A DNA stretch of 63,170 nucleotides, counting the filler, from Bipalium vagum (Eukaryota): the NCBI GenBank assembly GCA_037834085.1. It is 3 parts of 3 records of this genome, joined end to end, with 100 filler letters (N's around TTAATTAATTAA, not from the genome) between each part and the next. Parts side by side here need not be neighbours in the genome. Positions count along the whole stretch, not along the records: positions 16,025 to 42,738 come from JBBMKC010132934.1; 2 more parts are not named here. One strand, written 5' to 3'. The notes under the pieces were generated by a model. The model had not been told where the DNA came from and made no database searches. It saw nothing but the letters and a program-made list of their open reading frames with translations. Below are positions 27,701 to 38,743 of the stretch, one piece after another. Position 1 is the stretch's first letter. Every line of letters starts with the position of its first letter. The position numbers and the translations under genes are program-made.

Positions 27701-30700
27701 AAACAAGTGATAATCAGTAGAAACCAAGTCCGGCGAGTATCAAGGATGAGGCAAAGCACGTAAAGTCAAGGATAATTGTTAATTTATAATTTGTTTCGAG
27801 TGGCCAAAGATATATGAGGCCTGGCATTCTCGTGTTGGTAGACAACACACCTTTGATTTGCCAATCTTAGACACTTTTCGTAGATTGTATTTTTCACCTT
27901 TGTCAATTGGGAGCAGTACACATCCGAATTAATCGTTTGGCGAGATGAGAACAGCTCGTAATAAATGACACCTTTAAAATCCTACCAAACAGAAATCAGG
28001 ATCTTCTTGGGGTGCATTCCTACCTCTGGTGACGACTTAGGTGACTCGCCAGGATGATCCCACGACTTTTTGAGACCACATTGTCATAGACAACCCACTT
28101 TTCAGCCCTGGTTACCAATTGCTTCAAGAATGGATGGTTTTCTTTCCACTTCAGCAATGAATCATGTGTTGATTTACATGCCAATAAATTTGTCTCCATT
28201 AATTTATGGGGTACCCAGAGATTGAGTTGCGAAACGAATCCCAGATTATGCAGAGTATTTTCTATCGTTGTATGCGATGTCTTCCCGAACTGTTTTCGAC
28301 GAATACCTTTCGATAATAGACTCAATAGTGTTTGGATAAATGTGAGATGGGCGTCCGGAGTGAATTTGGTGAACCATTTTTCCATACTCGTATTGATAGA
28401 GCATCATCTACATGTACTTCACATATTTTTCTATGTGCATCCGAGGCTCGCCTACCTTTTTAAAATTAATAAAATATTTATAAATGATATAATACTTACC
28501 TTTTTCAAAATAAAACAACAAAATATGACGAAAATGCAGTTTTTATCTTGCATAATGATATTTTAATTATCGCATAAGACTACATTATATGATTTACAAA
28601 TTCCAATATTAAAAAGAGCACTAACTTTCTTGCCAAACCAATATAAGATAATGTTCATGTTGTAAAAGATATTAAAATTTGAAACCAAGTGCAATCCTAT
28701 TCACCAAAAAAATTTTAATCTGCTTGTATTATTAACTACAGCTTTAATCAAACCGGTCGATCAAGTACAACGGATGTTTACTGTAACTGTTTGGCCAAGA
28801 TAAAGAAATTGCCTCCGATTAAGCCGCCAAATAAACTAGTTCTATTATAATATAAGACATTGCTCCACAACTTACTTCACAAAAAACACTGTATCACCTT
28901 AATTGGCAACTCTGTCATCCATTTTGAATTCTCTAAATATGCTGTGAAAAACACCTTTTGGAATTTAATCGAAACTTTCTAACCATGCTTTTTTGTCTTT
29001 AAGATGATAGAGCTTTGTTTGAAATAGACCATGTTTTGAACTAATTAATATATTTCGTTTTTTTTTGAGAAATAATTAACCAAACTTTTGATTAAAATGC
29101 GGGCATTCCATTTTCTAATAAAAATATAATTATTTTTCCCTAATTTAGAAAGTTGTTGATATATTTAGACGTATTTTTTATTATTTTTCATATTGCGCCG
29201 CTTTATTTGTCCATCAAATGTAAGGTTAACGTTAACAAAAGATTAATTATTATTTTATTATTTACTTTTTTCAGTTCTTAATAATTATTTCAGTTATTAC
29301 AGTAATAATTTTATTCGGGATATTGGTTAAGGTCAATTAACTTTCGTTTTGTTGAGAAAATGTCTTATTTGAAACATTAGCAACAATAATAATAATACTG
29401 AAAAAGAAATGTACTGATCAATTTTATTGATCCATTAATCAAAAAAATGTGTTTTTAACTATTTTTTCTTAATTATTGGACACATTTAATTCCGTAAATT
29501 TACGTACTATATTTATCAAAATTAATCAATATAATTCAAAAACTATATTAATCAATATTTTGTATAGTAAAAATCAAAATACACTTATTTAAATATTCTA
29601 AAAATTTAATCAAAATAGTCGCACATTTATTGATTTTAACAGTGAATTTTTTGTTTTAATTTATTAAAAAAACAAAATCTTTATCCTGAAAAAACATAAA
29701 CAATCAAAATAATACTATTAATACTAATAATAATACTAATAATAATAATTCAATAATTTATTTTATCTGAAAATATTAAATGGAAATTTGAAAATTGAAA
29801 TTTATTTAAATATCGATCAAAACCTTTCATATTAACTTGTTCTGAAACTTTTTTATCTGATAAAAATGTCATGTCAATTTTTACGACAGTTCCACAAATA
29901 AGGAAATTTGACTTTCTTTTGTTCAGGATACGAGTTAAACATTTTCCGAATTCGGCAAAACATGATTCGCGTTTATTACGACTCATCAAATGCGACAGAG
30001 GATGGTGACCGTAACCGAGCCGACATCCCAACGGAGAAGCAATATATCCAAAATTCGGAGACTGAAAATTCCAACAATTTCTTTGCTTTCAAACAGCCTT
30101 CTTTAAGACTTTTCAACAATATTCTCATTGATGTCAGGTCGAACAATGATCACGTCGAATCTTTGAAGGCTATTGCCGAGTCCTTTTATGCTGCAGCAAA
30201 GAATATCAGTCAGTATTTTGCTTTTGTATTTTATATTAATAACAGAAATTTACTTTAAATTTTCTAATTTTTTAAAATCTGTTTTTCTTTTTTAAATTTA
30301 TTTTCTATTTTTATTATTTTATTTCTATTTCTATTTTCTATTTTATTATTTTATATTTATTTATTTCATAATAATAAATTTAGTTGTAAATTGATAAAAA
30401 TCGTTTTCTTGAAAAATAAATTTATTATGTTCAATATAATATTATTAAAAATTATTCAATTCCATTATGTGAAAAATTAGTTTTTTCAATTTCGATGGAA
30501 ACTTTTTAAATACCTTTTTTTCGTAATGCATTACTTTTCTAATCAATTTTTTTTTAAATAAGTCTTTTTTTGATGAAAAACCGGGCTTCTTTAATTTGCA
30601 TCTTTAATGAGTAATGGATAATCAATATTGAGAAATTTTATTAGCGATCTACAAATTTGAAACTCGAAAATTATATTGATTGTCATGTTGAGATAATTAA

Positions 30701-32461
30701 TCAATGAATATTGAATCTTGTCTTATTAAATATGGACAATTACCTAATGAAAACTTAAATAATTAATCAAATTTCTAATTACCCCACATATTATTATTAT
30801 TATTTCAAATAAACAAATTTTCAAATTCCTCACATTATATATTCTCATATTTCCGGATGAATGGATCCAAATAAAATTAATAACAAATTTAGGAATGGAG
30901 CAGATTTGATAATTAAATTATTTTCTTCAAAATTCTGAAAATCTGAAAATATAAAAAAATCGATATTAAATTTTTGATTATATTATTATCATCATTAATA
31001 ATTTGATCAATAAAGATTAAGGTAAATTGTTTTGAAGAAAAACTGAGAAAAAAAATTTCAAAAAAAAATTGAATAACAAAATAATTATTATATTATAATA
31101 ATTATATATATATATGTATATATATTGCAAATTTTTATTTTGTTCATAAATAAAATATTGATTTTATATACATTTAATTAAAATCTTCCGCAATGTTTTA
31201 TATTTTAAAATGATTTACGTCGAAACCAAAATTGATAAACTTGACATATTCATTAAATTATTATTGAAAAATGACATATCTATTGACATTGTCCCTTAAC
31301 GAATCTACGCTTTTATTGTCAACATTAAACATCTCTTAAATTCACCCCTTTTTTAAAATTTTGTCGAAAAGATTTTTGTTAGAATTTTGCCAAATTAAAA
31401 TATTTATATATTTTTCTCATAAATAACAAATCGTTACATTACGAATTTCATTTAAAAAAATATTTTTTCAACCCTATGCGTCAAGAAAACCTTTTGTAAA
31501 TCTTTCCTTATTTACTAAGATCAGTTAGTGGTTCTTTAGAAATTTATTCTACTATTAGGTTGTTTAAAAGTGAATGTCGGTTTTATAAATCTAATTCATT
31601 TAATGTTATTTTGCTTAAAATTTTTAAATATGTATTTTTACGTACATTTTATAGCGTTCGATTTAAATTATACTTCTGTAAGCATTTCATCATTATTTAA
31701 TTTTAAACGTTATATATTTTATTTTCATTTCATTAATTTTCATAGAATTAGTTTATTATGTATCTCTAGATCTTGATAAATTTATTATTTTTAACAAATT
31801 TTTATTTTCTTTCAATAAAATACTCAACTTACATGATAATTTCTTTGAAAACAGATTTTTCTTAATTAACTTTGGGTTTAAGAGATATATGATATGTCGA
31901 AACTTTTATTATTATTAACCCTATAACGAGAGACATATTCATAAAAATTAATAGTAATCATTTTCAGATCCCAATGTTATTTTTGACGAGTCCATGCTAA
32001 AGTTTGAGAAATCAAAATCCAATCCAATCCCATCAAAATGGATGTTTCCCATTAATATCAATACGCTATATGAAAATGTAATTTTGTCATCATCTCTTTC
32101 GGCACTGAATGATGATGATGAAGATATGCTTAATTTAGTGGAAGATCATTGTAGTACTTTGGAAACTTATGAACATCTGTCTTCTAGTGATTACCCGCAA
32201 GAAAATATTTCTCCCGAAAAGGAGGAAATGAAGGCTATGTCAAATATTGATTATATCAAACAAAGTTTTAGTAAAGTGAAGGATAAAGTATGTGATTTAT
32301 TGACTTTTAGTCCAACTATATTTATTAGCTCTTTAGGCGTCTTGGTCTAATTATAATAATCATATATGTTATTAAAATTCCTTATTATAATGTCAAGTTT
32401 ATTATCTTTCTTGATTTTTCTTTTTATATTTTGAAACATCATTTTTAGTAATATGATGATA

Positions 32462-32538
<77 letters not shown>

Positions 32539-35500
32539 TGTATATATGTAAAGATTCATTTTTAATTTTTTATAACTTCAATTTTATTTTTCAGATATTT
32601 AAATTTACAATTTATTTTAAATAAATTTATTAGAACATTTTCTGAAAATAATACCGTAGTGAAAGTATTATTTTTTAGCTCATTATTATATTTCTTGTTA
32701 ATTTTGCAATTAAAACCTGAAAGGAAGATTTTTGCCTTAGTATTGATTGAAAGTTATTTTGAAAATTCTGATCTAATGTACGACATTAAAACTCATTGAC
32801 GAGTATTGAAAACTCAGAAGATACAATTAAAATAAAAATATATAGCTTAAATTAAAAATAAAAAAAGAATTTTAGTTCAAGGGTTTACTTAATATTGAAT
32901 TTCAATTTCATTAAATATTTATCAGCGGCAGCCTCCTGTGGAGAGCGAAGTGCTCATATTTCTGTTGATAAATCTCTGTCTTTATTTCATCTTTTTCATT
33001 GCAAAGGTCTTTTAATTTTTTTAACCTGAATTTTTTTCATATGAAATTGCCGCTTTTTTGTTATCTATTTTTGAATGCTTTGTTTTGAAAAATTGTTTGA
33101 ATTGTCTAATTTTATATATTAAGTGAAAGATTGAAAAATTTTCTATAATATAATTATAACTGTTTATTTATACTTCTAAATTTTTTGAATCTCGTGTGCT
33201 GAAGTTAAGTAGTGGTTAACTATGAATTTCGCGTCATTATACTTCACGAATTTAAACGAGGCCGTAATTAAAAGCCACACAAATTCTTAACAAAGCATTT
33301 GGAAAAGGCTTAGCTTCGAACTTTGTATTGATTGTAATGGTGCATATTTTGAGTGAATAAATTTAATTTTGATAAATGGCTTTTGAAAAAACAAAAAACG
33401 ACAGTTTGATGTAACAACTTGCGATTATTGAAAATAATTAAGAATAAATTTAGATTTTTTCTCTTCAGTTTCTCTTTATTTATCCAAAATCAACAATTGA
33501 CTTATCATACTTTTTTCATTGCTAATATGAAAACCGCTAAATATCCTTTGTTATCGACAAGCTTGTGTCATCCTAACATTCTTTTATTTATTAATATTAA
33601 ATTCTGAGACGGTCTGAAAATTTGGTTTAGAAATTCTAAAAGTCCTACAGTAATTCGTCTTTTCTATTAGTTGTCACAATGACGCACTGGAAATTTTTAC
33701 ATTAGTTCAATGTAACTGTGAAATCACTTTTACAATACTGCTTAAAACACCAACAGTTTTCAGTCACTTCGTTTTTAGACTTAATGGTTGAATGACTTCT
33801 TACATTTCACGACATTTTCGTCAATCATTCTGGCTGAAAAAAACTTCAAAAATTCTCATTTAGTTTGACCTTTTGTTTTAATTAAATTAAATTCAAATAG
33901 TTTAATAAATATAAAAATTAAATTATTCGAATTAAATTAATTTTCTATTGTTTTCTATTTATTTTCTATTTTCTTTTTTCCAAAAATTATTTATATTTTT
34001 TAAAGAAATTATTTAATCGATATCTCATTTAACTTTTACGTTTTATATTATGGTATATATATAAAGATAATATTATATATTTTTACGTCTTGGTGTAAGA
34101 ACGATTATTATAAATAAGCCAAGTTTGCAAAATAATTGTTTTCAGAATGGAGAAAATACATTTTCTTTTAACCAGTTTTACCATGGAGTCTTTAAAAATG
34201 AGAAGAAATAAAAATATTTCCATTTGTAATTTGCCCAGAAATACCTTTGGCTTTTGATATTTCATTTGATAATTGTGAAATGCCATACTTCAGCTCCTAA
34301 ATTATTAATAGAGACAATTTTTTCTGATTTTTCTTAGGAAAATAAATGGTTCAATATTTCTGCCAAATGATGGAACGAGAGATTTTGTTCAATATTTCCT
34401 CTCCAAATCGAAATTGTTTTGCATGGAAACCGACAGAATTTTAGAATAGTATTCATTTGTGGAAATAATAGTTTTAACTTGTGAAATTTTTCTCGCTTGC
34501 ATTTCCATTAATTCGAATTGTAAAATATGTCATAATAATATTTATAATTATTTTATCTTTTATTATTAATTTATTCAAATATCGATTGCTTTTTGAAACA
34601 TAATTTTTACTATTTTTAAAATGCTTAAAAGTACTTGACAGTTTAATTTTTCTATGTAATATATATGGAAAAATATATTATATTTTTATGTAATAAAAAA
34701 ATTATTAAAAACTTTTTTAATCTCTTATTTTTTATATTATTTTTTCACAATGTCTTGTTTAAATAGTTGGTATAGAGTAATATGAATTATTTCCTATGAT
34801 TATTTGTTGCAAAAATTGATATATTGCTAAATTATTTGAAAGATAGCCATTAATGATTTATTTAGTGTTTCAATGTTCAATAAAAATCTATAATTTAAAC
34901 AAATATTTACAACTGATTAAAAATTGAATTGAACAGTTTTTGGGCGATTACGATTGGTGCAAATTCTATGATCTCTATTATTATTTATATTAGTTTATAT
35001 TGAAAAATTATTAATTCATTATTGATTTTTTCCCTCTTTACCAAAAATATCAATCATTTTAATTTTAAAAGTAATATCAATTCTCTCTTTAGGTTTTAAG
35101 TGGAATCAGAATATTTTTTTGTATATTTTTGCACCTGGTATAAGTTTAATATTGTTTGTTCAATTATGCAAAAAGTTCTTTTCCTGATATTTCTTTCTTT
35201 TTTTTTTCATTTATAAATGTTTGTAAAAATGGTAATATGTAGGATAGACATCTGATGAGTATACCGATTGAAGCAAGTCTTATAGTCATGCAGGTTCGAT
35301 TTCTTCTGCTCCGAAAGGGTGATCCTATGATAACCATTGATCTGGATGTTTTGTATAATCTATATCTCTGTGCAAATTACAATTTTTTGAAGAGTTTTCT
35401 GTTCTGTTGTTGTACAGAAAAAATCCCTGAGAAACTTTTTAATTTTCCTACAACATATGTGGTACTCATTGATCGACGTTTTGAACTTTTGATTTTACAG

Positions 35501-38500
35501 TGAGTTTCTGAAACATTCATGATTTTTTCTCCTCTTTCCTGAGCATCCAAATTGTTCTGTCATTTTGGTTCTATTAAAGTCTTCAAATGCTCGTTGTCAA
35601 TAACCTATCTCTAGTATCAAGTATTTTCTCGATTTTCATGACTTTGAACCCAAAACTCAATATTTTCGGTCTATCTCAAAATACAATTCAGATGTCGTCA
35701 GCTTTTAATCTTTTCTTGAAATTATTAAAACAATTTTTAATTTGTTTAACGTTCACCTTTTGTCAAGTTTTCTATAGCAATTTTTAATTATATAAATAAA
35801 CTTGTTGCTTTGTGCAGAAAATGGCATCCAAAATAATTTCAAACTTTATACAGTTTTAAAATTACAATAACAAAGCTTTTTATTTATTTCTTTGCAGAAT
35901 AACATAATAATAAAAATATATTATTTATTTCATTCTAACAGATATTGTGCTTTATCTATTTCTAAAAACCTGACTCGAAATATAAATAAATTAACTCATT
36001 AACATTACTCAGGTCAAAATTCCAAATTGGAAATATAAATTTTCCAACTTTTCATCAAGAAATACACCGCTTATCAAATTACCACATGTTGCAAACAATA
36101 AATCAACGGCCCAAGAGAATAATGATATTGACGATTTGTCTCCCAGCGCCAATATTGGTTTGCGTAAAAGTAGCCTCGGAATCCTAATACCGAACTGCTA
36201 TGAAATGCATGAAATTCACCATGCCTCTGTAAAGAAAGAAACGAATTCATTTTTAACATCAAGTCGCAGTCGCTTAGGAAGCAGTTCCGACGACGAAAGT
36301 GTTAGAAGACAACCTCACTCTCAACGGTTCGATTTCAACTTCAAAAAATCGGTATGACTTCGTTTTTTGTGAATCTTTCGTTGATTTGGAATTATTTTTC
36401 ACTTCATTTTTATTAATTGACATTTATGCTGTTTAATTATCATTTTTCTTTTACATATAATAGTGCCTTATGAAAACAGCAAAGCTAAAAGAAATTTCAA
36501 GGATTACAAGGTCCACACAAAAAATATAATATAAGCAGGACAAATAAATAATCCGGATTTATTTAAAATTGATTTAGTGAGATATCGAAGTATAATTGTG
36601 AATTGAAATATAAATCAAATTGTTTGAATAATATCTAATTAATATGGTAATCATTTAAATTTTCATAATACGTTAATAATTTCAAAATTTTTAGATCTAA
36701 ATGTCAAGATTTACGCCAAGCAAAGAACACTTACGGGAAGTTCTCATTCATTACTTCATCATGAACAAAACTGTCGCAGAAAGTTGTAGGATGTTATGCT
36801 ATGTTTATGGAAAACATGTAATATCTCAGGACATGTGCGAGCGTTGGTTTCACCGCTTCAGAAATAATGATTTCAGTGTAAAGGATAAAGAATGCCCAGA
36901 CCGTCCTTCCAAATTTGAAAATCACGATTTACAATATTTATTGGATGAAGATGCCTGTCAATCGTAAAATCAACTTGCCATAAGATTATATGTTACCCAG
37001 CAAGCAATAAGCGCGCGCTTAGATGATATGGATAAGATTTTAAAGGAAGGAAAATGGTGCCCATAACTATAAAACCGAAAACATGATCTTACAACGGCAC
37101 GAAAGAAATTCTTTCTTCCATCAACTATTGACAGGAAATAAAAAGTGGTTCTAATTTGAAAATCTCAAACGTACGAAAGCATTGGTTAACCCAATTAATT
37201 CGAAATAACAATGCTTCGGTTATTAAAAAAAATCCGCATTATTTATTTGTACCCATAATAATAATACATCATATTTTTCAATTTTCGACAATAAAAACAA
37301 GTCCTTCTATGAACGAGATATTTTATAACAGCAAAAGGTGTGAAAAGATCATCGAACAAAAGAGACATGCATATGGTTGATTGATTTTTGTTTTTTACAT
37401 AGATAAATAAACTTTTCAAGGATTAAAAAATGCACCACCACTTTAATCTAATAATGATATTTTAAATTCACATTTTGACAACTAACTTAATTTTTTGGAA
37501 AAAGTCTCAGATTTCAAAGAGAAACTTAAATATTATAAATGTTTTTTGTTCTGAATTGTTGCGATGTCGAATTTCAGACATTGATCAAAGGGTATCAGCT
37601 TTATTTATGTTTTAGATATATTTTAAACTCAACCAGAGAAATTCAAGACTTTTGAAACATTTTTCTAGATGAAAAAGATCAATTTATGTTAATAAAATTT
37701 GAATATTAAATGGATTCTTAACGGAAAAATATATTCATTTTATAACTTTGAGTGACTGACGATCAAAAAGAAAAAAGGTTAAACCAGATCTTTTAGACAG
37801 CGAAATAATTATGTAAAGCTTACGATGTACAAAAAAACTATGCCAGACAAATTGCAGAACATATTTTTTAAAAGTGATGCATTTGCAAAGAAGTAAAGCT
37901 CTAAAGACCACCTTGTAGCTTTCATATGCGCATTGACTGCTCTGACTGCTGAGCAACATCTCCCGACTAATTTTCAATTTATCTCACAATCTCATCCGCA
38001 TTATTATTTGCAAAATTTCGAAAAACACTGACCTGTTCACAGAACACTTTCAGATAACCAATTCAGACTTGTCCCAAGACTTGTCTTACATTTCTTAATG
38101 AAACACGGCATGTATCATTTTAATTTTAAAAAAGAAATATTTTTTTTAAAAAAATAAAAACACAAAAGACCGTCTTTTAGGTTTATGTTGGCCATAATTT
38201 TAGTGACATTTTTATAGTTACTGAACGAATAAAAAATGTTTGAAGCTCGTGTTTAATTATGATGAAAATTGTTCATTTCGTTCTGATTTCGACGATAATA
38301 CATTTCTGTTTCATTGTCAGTTGAGATTTGGTTTGACAATTTAGAAATCTGGAATTCTCAATTTCAACCCAGAGCTGAGGCCGGGCATTGATGATTCCGA
38401 CAATTATCCATCTTCAAATGACGATGAAATCGTCGATATTGTTCTGGAATCAAAATACAATCTGAAGAAATGTACCAAATCAAAATCGGCCATTAAGGAG

Positions 38501-38709
38501 CCCATAGTCGCAGATTGTAAAAATATATCTGCTTTCAAGTGCAATTTATCATTGAAACCAAAAGCTTCAAATTCTCCATCATTAACCAAAGTCTATTCCT
38601 CAGAAAGTGATTTGCATGAGCTGGACAAGTTCACAAAATCCGATTCTAACGAAGTGAGAAATTATATTTGTATAATTAATAATTAATTTTATTATAATTA
38701 AAGATCGGC

Positions 38710-38743
<34 letters not shown>

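Noticed and set aside
32926-33006. Additional phase-0 SAC2 exon (also candidate at 34338-34448)
   Set aside because: Not required for frame, no recognisable homology, weak splice context.
35252-35276. Hammerhead ribozyme core CTGATGAG (also ~39713)
   Set aside because: No stem II/GAAA geometry or flanking helices.
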